Source of the DNA: Malacoraja senta
Taxonomy: Eukaryota
Assembly: GCA_038087875.1 (NCBI GenBank)
Contig: CM075986.1
Location: 20,026,001-20,090,000, forward strand
Direction: 5' to 3'
DNA length: 64,000 nucleotides
How positions within the stretch are numbered: position 1 is the first letter of the stretch; the number at the start of each line of letters is the position of its first letter. Both the position numbers and the translations under genes were made by a program. Positions 49,117 to 62,931 of the stretch are shown here, piece after piece. Below the pieces are notes generated by a model. It worked only from the letters and a program-made list of their open reading frames with translations. It was not told the origin of the DNA and ran no database searches.

Positions 49117-49267
49117 ATCTGTGGAGGGATTGGAGGGACTGAAGAGGGTCCCGATCCGAAACATCATCTGTCCATTCACTTCACAAATGCTGCCTGACCC
49201 GCTGAGTTCCTCCAATCATCCAGGACCCAGGAGGGCTTTCGCTATTGGGAGAGGATGGGCAGACTTA

Positions 49268-49964
49268 AGGGCCTGTCCCACTTATGTGTCCTTGGCACGC
49301 AAATTATGCGACCTCGTGGTCGCGTTGAGCCGAGATGGTCCAGCGAAGGTCGGGTGCGATTCCATGCGCCCGCACAGCTGTCTGGAGCGCGTGACGTCAT
49401 TTGAAGATAGATACAAAATGCCGGAGTAACTCAGCGGGACCGGCAGCGTCTCTGGAGAGAAACAATGGGTGACGTTTTGTGTCGAGACCCTTCTTCAGTC
49501 TGAAAAGAAGGGTCTTGATCCGAAACGTCACCCATTGCTTCTCTCCAGAGATGCTGCCAGTCCCGCTGAGTTACTCCTGCATTTTGTGTCTATCTTCAAT
49601 TTTCTTGGCCCCGCTCTGGGAGTAGACGTGGGGGTGGATCCGGACCGCAACGGCCGTGAGCCCCAGGCCGAGCTCGGCGATCGTTTGCCTGCTTCTGCTG
49701 CTGTTGGAGGTGAGACGTTGCATCGCGCCAGGGTCTTGGGCCTGTCCCACTTTGGCCATCAGTTCCGCGACAGGCCGTTGGCGTGCGAAAATTATGTTCG
49801 CTACAAAACTTTCAGAGCCCCGTGCGATGTCGCGCACAACTACATACCACTCCGCGCTTCTAAGTGGGACCGACCCCACGCGGCCATACGATGCCCATGC
49901 GCCTCAACGCGACCACGAGGTCGCGTAATTTGCATGCCAAGGACACGTAAGTGGGACAGGCCCT
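49268..49964. mobile_element. PIF/Harbinger-like composite MITE, subfamily D
   Basis: ~60-bp TIRs starting AGGGCCTGTCCCACTTA. TTA/TAA flanks. Contains a Penelope-tail palindrome and internal TIR-like motifs. Confidence 0.82.
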
Positions 49965-52900
49965 TAAGACTTTATTTCTTGGAGCACAGGAGGCTGTGAG
50001 GCATAAATGCATCACAGTAGAGAGTTGCATAATATTATGAGTGGAATAGATGGGGTGAATGCACAGTCATTTCCCAGGATAGGGGAATCAAGAACTGAGG
50101 GAAAAGGTTTAAGATGAGAGGGGAAGATAAAGATTTCTATGCAACTTTATCTCACAGAGGATTTTGGATATATGGAAAAGCTGCCAGATAAGTAGTTGAG
50201 GGAGGTAAAATAACAACACTTAAAAGCTATTTGGACAGGTACATAGACAGGAAAGGTCTAACACGGCTAAATTAGATTAGCTTGGATGGTCATCTTGGTT
50301 GTACATGGACGAATTGGCCAAAGGACCTATTTCCATCTGTATGACTCTAAAACTGCCCATCTATCATCCCCTTCCTTTCAAATGTTCAGAAACTTTGCTT
50401 CTTACACCCTTTGAAGAAGCAAACTCCAAAGACCCATGACTCTCTGAGAGATTATTTTTTTTGCCTCATTTTAAGTTGTTAGCAGGACTTTTATCAAAAG
50501 TCTAGGTTGGTGTGGAGATCACTTACTCTGGATGGATAATCAATCTGGTTCAGTGAGTTTCGTCACGGTGCTCCAGTTTCCTCCCACATCCCCAAAACAT
50601 GGGTGTTTGTAAGCTAATTCGTGTCTGTAACCTGTCCCTCGATTCTTCTTCCTCGTGTCCGGCCATCTTCTATATCACGCCTTTCCGGTCGGACAGTGAC
50701 GGTTGACGGTCGGTGGTTGCAGAATTGGCTACTTCAGTCAGTCACTGTGGTACAGTTTCTGTCGCCAGCATTGCCCGGGATGTGCCACGTGGAGGCTTCT
50801 GCTTGCATCCCGTCCCTCGAGTGTAGGGAGTGGATGCGAAAGTGGGACAAATATTATTCACATTATTTCCCTTATCATGTATCTGCACGCTTTGGATGGC
50901 TCGATTGTAGTCATGTGTTGTCTTTCCGCAAAAGATGTTGGTTAACACGCAACAAAAGCTTTTCACCGTACCTCGGTACATGTGACCTTAAACTAAACTA
51001 AATGTAGAATAAGTGTAATGGGTGTGGACTCAGTGGGCCAAAGGGTCCCATGCCATGCTGTATCTCTAAACTAAACTAAAATTGGATAATGGGGTGGCTT
51101 TTTAGGATAAAGATGAGGAAAACAAATATTTTTGCAAAAGGTTATGTATCATTGGATTTCTCACCTCCTGAGTGCAGTAGTGTTTGGTCAGTGAGTGTCT
51201 ACAAGGCTGAGATGGATACGGTTTTGAACATTGGGAATCATTGTGTGTGAAGATCTGAAGGGATAGTGTTCTTGAGGTGATCAACCATGACCTTTTTGAA
51301 TGGCAGGGCACACTCCAGGGGAGTTGTGCTGCTGTGGCTTGCATTCTAAAACAACCAGGGAAATTTGACAGAGCGGCAGATACCAAGTTCAGCTATTGGA
51401 ACACTTCTTATTGAGGATTGGAGAGGAAAACCAAATGACCTTCTTTGCAAAGAGGTGAAGGTTTGAACAATCTCATCAGAACAAGATGCCTGTGACATAT
51501 TTAAAGAACACAAAAAGAAATGGAATGAAGCTGTAAGCTCACAATATCCATTAGTTTGCCCTTGAAGAGACAATTAGTTCTTGCTGGAAAATGAAAGGAT
51601 TAAAGCAGCATTTCACAAAAGAAAAGTTACATCGATTCATTCCGTTGAATTTACTTATGTCTTTTCAGCAATATTTCATTTATGGTTATGTTGAGTGACG
51701 TGCTCATTTGATTTAAACTGTGGCCCAAACTCCATATCCAACACCAATATGGGAGCAGCTTTACCAGAGGATCACAATGTATCAAGATGGTATTTCACCC
51801 CCACTTCTCCAGAGCTTTTAGAGATGCGCAATAAATACTGGCCTTGTCAACAATGCCCACATCTTGGAAATGGAATACATTTTTTTTTTAAGCTTCTATT
51901 GAATAGAAATCCTCTGAAAATTGCTGTTTGGTTGTTTTCTAATCTTGTTTTATTTTGTTGGAGTCAGTCTACAGATGCAAACCCAATGATAGGCAAGGCC
52001 CAGGAAACTATAGAGCCTTTCCAATCAGAAGTGGAAAACCTCACCATGGAATCATCTTTTCTCTAACATGTGAAGGTCGTTAAATATCAAACAAGGGATG
52101 TTTGCATTTAAAAGTGATGCAAAATGAAAAAAAACGAATTGATAAGAAATTATTAAAAACAATTGAATGCACTTAAATTAGCTCAATGAAACACACTTAA
52201 CTCAAAAATATATATAAATATAAATTGTGCCCCCACCCTTCCTTGTAGATAACAAACTGTTGGAGGAACTCAGCAAGTCAGGAAACATCTACAGAGGGAA
52301 TGGATGGGTGATGTTTTTGGTCAGAACCCTTCTTCGGACTGATGAAGTAGGGTGAGAAAGCATGGCAAGTGATAGGTGGATACAGGTGAGGGATTGGCAG
52401 ATGGGTGGAGTAAGTGACAAATGCTAGAGGTGAAATGGAAACAAAATGGTGTCAGATAAGGAAAGAAGGAGTTAAATGTAAAGCTGAAGAAAGAGAAGAG
52501 ATATATGAGTGGCGGGAGGGTGGGGGGGGGAAGAGATGATAATGGGAAATATGGGCCTTGGGGGTGGGAGATGATTGGAATGTTTCAAGAACTGATCATA
52601 AAAGTTTTCATAAATATCCAAGCCTTGAACGAAGTGACAACACAATTCCTCTCGTAAATCCGGTTGGCAAACCAAATATGTCATTAGAAACTACCGTCTC
52701 CTTGAACTTGAACTTCTCTGTGACTTTCTGCAAAATAGTTGCGCTGTTATGATATCATTGGGGATTCGTGCTTTGTTCAATCTTCGATCACTGGAACAGC
52801 GTGTAAGTAGACTATGAATATATGACACTTGAATATATGAATGCATGGCAGAAAAATTGTGACAATGGAAAAAAATACGGTAATAAAAAGATGAACTACT

Positions 52901-53239
52901 GGAGAAAAAAAATCATGTTTTTGTTTGGTTTTTTGAAATGCATGCAATATCCCCACGTTAATGCAATACTGTCAATTATTATTTAGCAAATACATATCCA
53001 CAGAGTGTCCGCCTCAGTGTTGTTCTGAGTTTGGTGAGAGGACCACCTTCGACTACGCGTACTATTGTAGCAAGATACACACTAAATTACAGAAGGATGT
53101 AACCTTAAAATTGTTTCTAAACTGTTTTAAAAAGGGTCAAATAAACTCCCTGCTTTTGTATTCACTACTCTGAACAGGTACTGCCACTTTCAGTGATTTA
53201 TGTACAAATATATCCAGAGCTCTCTGCTCCTGCAGACGA

Positions 53240-53468
53240 AATGTGTAGGAAGGAACTGCAGATGCTGATTTACACCGAAGAGAGACACAAAGTGCTGGAG
53301 TGACTCAGCGGGACAAGCAGCATCTCTGGAGAGAAAGAATGGGTGAAGTTTTGGGTTGAGACCCTTCTTCGGTCTGAAAGAAGGGTCTGGACCCGAAAGG
53401 TCACCCATTCCTTCTCTCCAGAGATACTGCCTGTCCTGCTGAGTTACTCCAGCACTTTGTGTCTACCT
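53240..53468. mobile_element. Palindromic Penelope-tail unit
   Basis: Inverted tails. Degenerate 17-bp TSD (53221-53237 / 53469-53485, 2 mismatches). Confidence 0.78.
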
Positions 53469-56400
53469 TCTCTGTTCCTGCACACCCTTTAGAAGCATCT
53501 CACTTAATCTCTTTTATTCCTCCATGTCTTTTCTGGCAAAATCATCTTCTAATTCTTTGTATTAAATGTCATATTTGTTTTATTTATTCATGGGATGTGG
53601 ATATCTCAGATAATCTGGTGACCTTGTAGAGGTTTACAAAATTGCAAGCGGCATACATCAAATGAGTTATCATGAGGCTGAGGAGTGACCTTATCGAGTT
53701 GCACAAGACTAAGAGGGGCATGGATGAGGTGAACGCCCACAGCCTTTTCCCCCATGGTAGGGGGTGGTCTAAAACTGGAAGACAGAGCTGTGAGGTGAGA
53801 GGGAAAAGATTTACAAGGGATTTGAGGGGCAACTTTTTCCAGAAAGAGGATGGTGCATCCTGCCAGAGGAAGTGGTAGAAGCTGGTACAACTATGACGTT
53901 TGAGAGGCACTTGGACAGGTACGCGAATAGGAAAGGTTTGAGGAACATGGGTCAGGTGCAGGTAAGTGGGATTGGCTCAATTGGACCACTTGGTGGTCAT
54001 GGGTGTGTCTGGCCGCATGGTCTGTTTCCATTCTCTCTGACTATGACTAATTTTGGCATTTATTGACTATCTCTAATTGTCTCTAAAGGAGGGGTCAGTT
54101 ACGGGGCACCAAGCTAAGGATGGCTGGGATAGTTTATATAACACTGTTTATATAAGTGTTTATATAGTTTATATAACTCCCCCCTAACGTCAGTCTGAAG
54201 AAAGGTCTAGACCCGAAAAGTCACACATTCCTTCTCTCCAGAGATGCTGCCTGTCCTGCTGAGTTACTCCAGCATTTTGTGTCTATCTACAATTTTCTTT
54301 TAACGAGTCCATCATGGCTCTACTTTCTTAAGGTGCCTATTTATCTTTCTCTCATTATTGTTTCTCAAAGTTTCTTCGCTAAGCATTCCGGGCACCCACC
54401 ATTCTCTGTGCAAAAAAACACTTGCCACGCACACCTTCAAATTTTGCCCATTTCATCTCAAGTGTTATGCTAGGAAATGCATATCGAAATCTCAAAATGG
54501 CAAATGCTTCTGAAGTGATCACATAACTTTTTTTTGTTGTTCATCCTCTTGCACCTCGTGGAACGATGAACTGTTTTGATTAAACGCAGTCACCGACTTA
54601 ACAGGTCCCTGCATCACCCAGAGAAGTAATTTAGGACTTTTAAAAGTTTAATTAGCATTGATACTGAAACAATGAAATCTTAATGAGAAAATGCTGCCAA
54701 AATAGAACATTTTTCTTGAACCAGTTGGAGCAGCGGCCTGAGTATTTAAAACCTGAGGGACCCTGAACAAAATAAATAGCTCTGTCTGAATGTCTTTTTC
54801 TGCCAAAGAATGACAGATATTAACAACCTTGGCACATTGCTTTGGTGGTAAATTCATTATTTTCCACAGCCCCAAGATTACATTTTCAAATTATCATGCA
54901 GCCCGATTAACTACATTCGATCAGACTTTGTTCAATATTATTTCAATTTTGATAATCTATTTATGCATAAAATTATATTAAAATGACAACTATACAAGTA
55001 AGCAGTCACCGATATTAAATCGATTTACTGCTAATACCTTAATTATATTTCACAGCACATTACACTTTAATGGTAAAATTCAGGCGAAAAGAGACTTGCA
55101 TTTTTTCTTAAGTTTTCAAACTATCCTTTTCATAAGGTAATGGGGACAGATCTTGCCTTTTCGTATTTATCTGCTAAGTAGATTTTGTCCATCTCGTCCA
55201 GTTACAGATGGCAATTCTAATGTACGTAGATGGCAATCCTGATATACTCATAGCCACCTCTTGATTCCTCTCCTTAATTCTATTCCAATTTGGATCAAAG
55301 TAATCAAAAATGTCAAAGTTTCAAGAAAGTACAATTATTTTTTTGCTTAAGTAACACCCACCAACGAAAACCTTGGCATTCCCTCTCTCTCCATCCGTCC
55401 TCCACCTAAGTCGTACCAGCTTCTCGTTTTCACCCAACAAACAGCTAACAATGGCGTGTCCTTTATCATCGTTACTTTTTTGCACATCTTTCATTCATTC
55501 TTTTATATCTCTACATCATCGTCTATATCTCTCATTTCCCTTTCCCATGACTATCAGTCTGAAGAAGGGTCTTGACCCGAAACATCACCCATTCCTTCTC
55601 TCCAGAGATGATGCCTGTGCCCACCTATCCCGTCTCCCTTTCCTATTACCCCCTCTCCCCAGTGCACACCATTTCTCCCACTATCCCACCCCCCTCTTCC
55701 CTATCCACTGATATCCCTCCCTTTGGCTTTAGACTTCACTTCTTGTCTCTCCTTATGTGACATTCTTCGTCTACTTTTCATCTCTAGCCTCTGCCTAATC
55801 CACCCATTTGCCAATAGAAATCCCCCTCACCTCTATTCACACTTCACTTGCCACCTCTTTACCCCCTTTCTCCCCCTTACTATAATTAATTTGAAGAGTC
55901 CTGACTCAAAACGGCGCCTATCCATTCCCTCCATAGAAGCTGCCTGACCCGCTGGGTTTGCCCAGCACTTTGTGTTTTGCACAAGATTCCAGCATCTGCA
56001 GTTTCTTCTGTCTCCTATTCATCTTTTAATGTTTCGCAGCACTTTCTTTTGGGTTAACATGTCTCAGTTGTAAAATTCTCACAATTGCTTTCTGGCCTTG
56101 AAAATGTTCGCACTTATGAGGAAGACACAAAATACTGGAGTCATTCTGAGTCCGAATAAGGGTCCAGATCTGAAATATCACTTGTCCGTGTCGTCCAGAG
56201 ATGCTGCCTGCCCACTGTGTTACTTCAGCATTCGTGTTTTCAATGGTAAACCCATCCCTGCAGCTCTTTGTTTCTGTTTAAGAAGGAACTGCAGATGCTG
56301 GAAAATCAAAGGTACACAAAAATGCTGGAGAAACTCAGCGGGTGCAGCAGCATCTATGGAGCGAAGGAAATAGGCAACGTTTCGGGCCGAAACCCTTCTT

Positions 56401-57310
56401 CAGACTCTTTGTTTCTGCATGTTTCCACTTTTGTGAGAACTTTGCCCCAGCCCTCCCTAATACTGTTGTTAATTTACTCTCTCTCTCTCTCTCTTTGTTA
56501 GTTCAATGTCAGATATCGTTTATTAAAACCCTTCAGCCACCTTTTTCCTGCATTAAATAGGATAGGCAAAAATAAGCTTTGTGGCTTCAGCCTATTCCTT
56601 TTTCGGTCATTGATTATGTGAACGTTGTGTGAAATGGATACAGAGTTGGTTCATATTCACACAGATTGTAAAGTTTTGTTCTTTTTAATGTTTGACCGAA
56701 ATAAACTATTCATTCATTCATTCATTGATTCATTCATTCATTCATTCATAAATGTACTGCAGCGGTGCCGGTAAATGGATGGTCTCATCAACTTCAGGAA
56801 GAATAAATAGGAGGGATGTGAAGGAAATTTGCAACTTGTCATTGAATTTTATTCAAGAGTTATTCCGAATGAGTTGATTGCCATTTCTGCATGGCTTTCA
56901 CTCCTGGACAGACTCTGACGGTACGTGGTTGTCTGCTTTGCCGGGAATAACTGATAATTTAGTGTATGTTCATTTGTTGTGTTCTTGTATTTAATGGGCC
57001 TGTAAAGCTGCAGCAAGCAAGAATATAATTGTTCCGGTCCTGATGCATTCGACAATCAAACACTCTTGACGAGTGCTTTTTGTATAGACAGACAGATGCC
57101 AGTGCATGTCTTTGATAAACATACGTGTCATGTGGCTGTAAAACAAAATAACTTTTTAAAGGATCCCGGTGAGGTGTGCCAGTGCTTACTGTAAAGAAAA
57201 AAGCACTGCTCTTGACTCTTGTAGATAACTTTGCCATCTCTTGTGTCTTATGTATGAATTCACATTTGCCAAGTCAGAAGAATATGAATTGGTTACTTCG
57301 TTCTCAACAG

Positions 57311-57600
57311 GGCGGCATGGTGGCACAACGGTAGAGTTGTGCCTTACAGCACCAGGAGACCCGGGTTCGATCCTGACTACTGGTGCTGTCTGTACGGAAT
57401 TTATACGTTCACCGCATGGGCTTTCTCCGAGATCTCCGAGATCTCCCACATTCTAAAGACGGACAGGTTTTGTAGGTTAATTAGCTTGGTATAAGTGTAA
57501 ATTGCCCTGTGTGTGTGTATGATATTGGGGGGGGGGTCACTGGATGGTGCGGACTCGGTGGGCCGAAGGGCCTGTTCCCGCGCTGCATCTCTAAATTGAA
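57311..57600 (+). mobile_element. HE1-like V-SINE
   Basis: Same family. Confidence 0.82.
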
Positions 57601-59272
57601 CAAAATTGATTTTCACCGTCAAATTCAGTTAGATGAGACTAATTAAAGTTGCTTTGCCAATTAAAAGAATAAAGAAAATATCAGCTTAGTTCTGGACCCA
57701 TCTGTTTTGAGCATCTGTAATCAAGGACAGGTTTGACGATGCTTTCCTCCAGCAGCCAGAAGAAATATTCTGATTTATAAAATTGAGATGGCAGGTTCAG
57801 TAACTCAGGCAAAGGAGGCTGCAGAGAGTGGTAGACTTTGCCCGGTCCATCACAGGTACTGACCTCCCCACCATCAAAGAGATCTACAGGAATCGCTGTC
57901 TGAAAAAGGCAGCCAACATCATCAAAGCCCACACCATCCTGGTCATGTTCCCACCTAGCTACTATCATCGGGAAGAAGGCATAAGAGCCCAAGGATCGTG
58001 ATCTCCAGGTTGTACAGCACAGTGGAGAGCATAATGACTGGCTGTATCGCATCCTGCTTTGATAACTCGAACGCCCAGGAACCAAGGAGGTGACAGAGAG
58101 ACACTGTCTGGTGCATCACAGGCCACTGACTGACCTCCCCACCATCAAAGGGATCTATAGAAAGTGCTGCCTCAATTAGGCTGCTAATAGCATCAAAGAC
58201 CACAAAAGCCTGGCCACCCTCTCATATCGCTGCTACCATCAGGAAGAAGGTACAGGAAGCTGAAAACTGGGAATTCCAGGTTCACGAACAGCTTCTTTCC
58301 AGCAACTATCAGGCTCTTGACACTAACATCAGCGACTCTAATTTACTATGGACTTTTTTGCACTACATACTTTTGTTTTTGTTGCACTACATACTTAGGT
58401 TTTGCACTATTATGGTCTGGTTATCTAGTACTACTGATTATTGTATAATTATTTGTGTTGTATTCCATTAATGGTCTGCTAAGATGCAGCAAGTAAGAAT
58501 TTCATTGTTTCACTGTCAGTACATATGGCAATTAAACACTTTTCACTCTTAACAATTGAACTGTTTGTTTTCTAACTTCCGAGTGCCACAATTGTCATTA
58601 TTGCCATTTCTCTTGATATTTGCAGTCCCCAGACATATTTATGTCAGAAGATTTTTTTCTCTCTTGTGAGAACAGATTTTGTGATTTTGCATCATATAAT
58701 CATTTGAAAGAGACATATTATGATCTATTTTAGCAACATCTTGAATTACCATTTCTCACCCTTTGACATATATTTGTGATGAAAACTGCTGGGTTTGTAG
58801 ATATTTTCTGGTTGAGGATCTCCATGGCATTGTAGCATTGTAGACGGGAAAATTATTCCTTCCTTTCTGTCATCTGTTTGCCAATCCAGTGGAAGTCTGT
58901 GTAACAGTACCTGCTCTATGTCAATGGTCCTGTACTGAAATGGCTGTAAGGTTTAGACTGTCGGGATACAGCATTGAAACAGCATAGGCACTAAATGCCC
59001 AATGCCAAAAACATTCCGGGTAAGAGTATCAAAAGATGCAGAGATGAACTAATACATTTGAAGGTCACGAATGAATTGCAAATTGGATCACAATTGAATG
59101 GTCTGTTTCAGCTCCAGGCATTTGATGAATCTAATTCAGAAATGTGTTCTAATTCAATTGCAAGGGATGACACTGCTGCTTAATCAGTAGAATTGTTGCT
59201 TTACTCCTCAGTACTTTGACGACCTGATGCTAAGTAGAGCTGGTCTCAGAAGCAAAAAAGAGAGGAGAGTGC

Positions 59273-59583
59273 AGTATGGTGGTGCAGCGGTAGAGTTGCT
59301 GCCTTACAGCGCCAGAAACCCGGGTTCGGTCCTGACTATGGGTGCTGTCTGTATGGAGTTTGTACCTTCTCCCTGTGACCATGTGGGTTTTCTCTAGGTG
59401 CTCCGGTTTCCTCCCACACTCCAAAGATGTACAGGTTTGTAGGCTAATTGGCTTTGGTAAAATTGTAAATTGTTCCCAGAGTACATAGGATAGTGTTGGT
59501 CTGTGGGGATCGTTGGTTGGCACGGACTCGGTGGGCTGATGGGCCTGTTTCTACGCTGTATCTCTAAACTAATCTAAACTAAG
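59273..59583 (+). mobile_element. HE1-like V-SINE
   Basis: Same family. Confidence 0.82.
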
Positions 59584-60639
59584 ATCAAGAGGGTTGCAAG
59601 GAACTGCAGATGCTGGAATCTTGAGCAAAGTGCTGGATGAACTCGGTGGGTCTTGCAGCATTTGTGGAGGGAATGGACAGGCGACATTTCGGGTCAGGAC
59701 TCCTCTTCAAACACTATTTCAGTCGAGATCAATGCTGCCAAGACATTTATATTTGGTCCATAGGAAGTGATCCAAGTTTTCTCGAGTCTTGTTATGGACA
59801 TTTATTGTAAGTTGGTCAAGGACCTTCTGTTTTTCTGATTGTAAATGTAAGGCCCATTTTCTCTTATGCTTCCGTGAACAACTCACTTATAGCTTGGAGC
59901 TCACTCTCCATATGCTCGCACCCATGGAGCATCACTGCTTATTGCAGCTTAATGACTAAGGTTGGGATGATCTTGGTTCAAGAATAGAAGCAACATAGAC
60001 TGAAGTGTTTCCGTTTGTTCTACAAATCAGGTTCGCTCATACGGCAATCTTACTGGAGGGGAAGTGCAGTGTTGTGGCAAAAAAAAACAATGTATAAAAA
60101 TAGACGATACCTGTCTTTTGCAAACGATGATTTCACCAGCTTTGGGTTTTTAATCTTTTGTTTTCAAGTCAAGTCAAGTCAAGTGAGTTTATTGTCATGT
60201 GTCCCTGATAGGACAATGAAATTCTTGCTTTGCTTCAGCACAACAGAACATCATTGTTGCAGCCAAGTGTTTTTGCACTTTTGCTATATTTTTCTCTCTT
60301 TACGTTATGCTAATGAACATTTTAATTCCAAATATTAATCAGTTTCTGTCGGAATAAGATGTCTCATGCTCCAGCTTTATGTATTTTAACATCCACAAGA
60401 GTCATTGGGAAATCTATGTGCCTCACTGTTACGAGACTTCATTGCTTGACCAGGCCATTAGGTTTTGATATGATCTGCAAAATGTTCAGTGAGGCTGCAA
60501 TAGGAAATGTCAAATGCCACAGCAATAATCACTGTAAAATGAAGCAATTATCACAATACAATACTCTTATAAAACTATGTCTACTGCTGGCAAATATATT
60601 GTACAATGTGCACAATAATATGTGCAGTATCACAAGAAT

Positions 60640-61670
60640 TAATCCAAGAATGATTAGGTTAACCTATGATGAGTGTTTGTCGGCACTGGGCCTGTACACG
60701 CTTGAGTTAAGAAGAATGAGGGGACACCTCATTGAAACATACAGTATAGTGAAAGGCTTGGATAGGGTGGATGTGGAGAGGATGTTTCCACTAGTGGGAG
60801 AGTCTGGGACTAGAGGTCATAACCTCAGAATTAAAGGACATTCTTTTAGGAAGGAGATGAGGCGGAATTTCTTCAGTCAGAGAATGGATCTGTGCAATTC
60901 TTTGCCACAGAAGGCTGTGAAGGACAAGTCAGTGGATATTGTTAAGGCAGAGACAGATAGGGTCAAAGGTTCAAAGGTCAGTTTATTGTCAGGTGTACCA
61001 ATTAAGGTACAGTGAAATTCAATTTACCATACAGCCATATTATTTTAAAAAAAGGCCACGAGACACACAACTACATAAAAGTTAACATAAACATCCACCT
61101 CAGCAGATTCCCCACATTCCTCACTGTGATGGAAGGCAAAAAAGTCCAATCTTCTTCCTCGTTTATTCTCCCACGGTCAGGCAGTCCGCGAACCATCCGC
61201 AGTCGAGGCGATCGAAGTTCCCGCGTCGGGGCGATCGAAGATTCCACGTCGGGGCGGTCGAAGCTTCCTGTGGCTTGGAGCTCCCGAAGTCGGTCTCCAA
61301 CCAGGGACCGCGAGCTCCACGATGTTAAACTCCGCAGGCTCCAAAGTCCGCAGGCTCCAAAGTTGGAGCTCCAAAGTCGACCCCCGACAGTAATCGCTAG
61401 CTCCACGGTGGTAAGTCCGCAGGCTCCCGCGGTTAGAGCTCCCAAAGTCAGTCTCCAGCAAAGGCCAGAAAAAACTGGCATCTCGGTTGAGGTAAAAGAT
61501 TTTTTTTTTTTTAAATTAAAAATTCTTGATTAGTACAGGTATCAGAGGTCATGGGGAGAAGGCAGGAGAATGGGGTTAGGAGGGAGAGATAGATCAGCCA
61601 TGATTGAATGGCGGAGTAGACTTGATGGGCTGAATGGCCTAATTCTATTCTTATTCCTTATTCCTTATGA
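60640..61670 (+). mobile_element. CR1 3' fragment interrupted by the 60961-61521 element
   Basis: LGLYTLELRRMRGHLIETYSIVKGLDR... The host GATAG|ATTCTTGATTAG is split by the insertion. Confidence 0.8.
60961..61521 (-). mobile_element. GC-rich non-autonomous retroposon inserted in CR1
   Basis: Rex1-like TGACAATAAA tail on minus. Shares a ~55-bp domain with 34847-35697. Confidence 0.62.
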
Positions 61671-61834
61671 CCTTATATACATACAGTATATATGGAATAT
61701 ACAGTTGCAGATTTGTTCTTTTACTTGCAAATTAGTTTTTTACAATTCTTTCTCTAATCTTTCTGTTTCTCTCTGTCATTCTTTGCATTTGGGCCTCCTA
61801 ACATTGATACTTTGAAAAAGCTCATAAATATATA

Positions 61835-62136
61835 GTTTTGTGTAGAGATACAACGAGGAAACAGGCGTCTCGGCCCACCGAGTCCACGCTGACCAGCGAT
61901 CCGCGCACACTGACATTATCCTACACACACTAGGGACAATTTACAATTTTCCAATTATACCAAACCAATTAGCCTACAAACATGTATCTTTTGAGTGTGG
62001 GAGGAATCCGGATATCCCGGACAAAACCCAAGCAGGTCGCGGGGAGAATGTACAAACTCCGTACAGACAGCTCCCGTAGTTAGAATCGAACCTCGCTCTC
62101 TGGATCTGTAACGCAACAACTTTACCGCTGCACCAT
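61835..62136 (-). mobile_element. HE1-like V-SINE
   Basis: Same family, reverse strand. Confidence 0.8.
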
Positions 62137-62540
62137 CGTTGATCTGCATCATGTCAATGAAAGTACATAAATCAGATTATTTCTTCCAAGTTTTAACCAT
62201 TAGATTTTCGAAATGCAGATTAAAGATTTATATTTTGCCTTGTCTTTCTTCCTTCATTATTAAAATGTTAACACACATCTGGTATACACATTGCATAATG
62301 TTGCTTAAAGCAGTCCTCGCCCAATCATGTCAAATCAGATTAATTTGTTTTCATGAGATGAGTTTTCAAAGCAAGGATTAAGAAATAATCTGGTATCTTC
62401 AAGATTTTGGATATTTTGTCAGGCAAAAACCCTCTTAACAGAAATCGTTCATGAAACCACATGTGCATGCTTTTATACATTGAACAAACAGTACAGCACA
62501 GGAACAATCTCTTTGGCCCGCAATGTCCATGCCGAACATG

Positions 62541-62931
62541 ATTTTCTTTTATTTATTTTTTATTTTTATTTTTTATTAGAAGCAATTGTACATGGATAAG
62601 ACGATTGGCATAACAATTATACAATTATTGTACAGCTTCATTTTTAACCTTATAACCTAAATCAAAATAAAATAAAAAATAAAAAAAAGGAAAACAAAGA
62701 AAGAAGAAGGAAAAGAATACAAAAGAGCAGGAAACAGACCCCTAAGCTACCAAAGCAGTGCAGAAGAAAAGAAAGGAAATAAGAAAAGAAAAGATGGAGA
62801 TATATCTTCCCCCCCCCCCCCCCCTCACCCATCCCTAGCGTCAGATTTAAATTTAAATTTGTGTTTAACCATTCTGTTATTGCAGAAATTCAGTAAAAGG
62901 TAACCATGTCTTAAGAAATTGATCTTAAGAA
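62541..62931 (-). mobile_element. L1-type 3' end
   Basis: 12-bp TSD ATGCCGAACATG (62529-62540 / 62932-62943). Minus frame FLKTWLPFTEFLQ* resembles an L1 ORF2 C-terminus. A-rich tail. Confidence 0.7.

Noticed and set aside
60359-61533. 218-aa and 173-aa adjacent ORFs
   Set aside because: Chance fusions of unique sequence, a CR1 remnant and a GC-rich retroposon.
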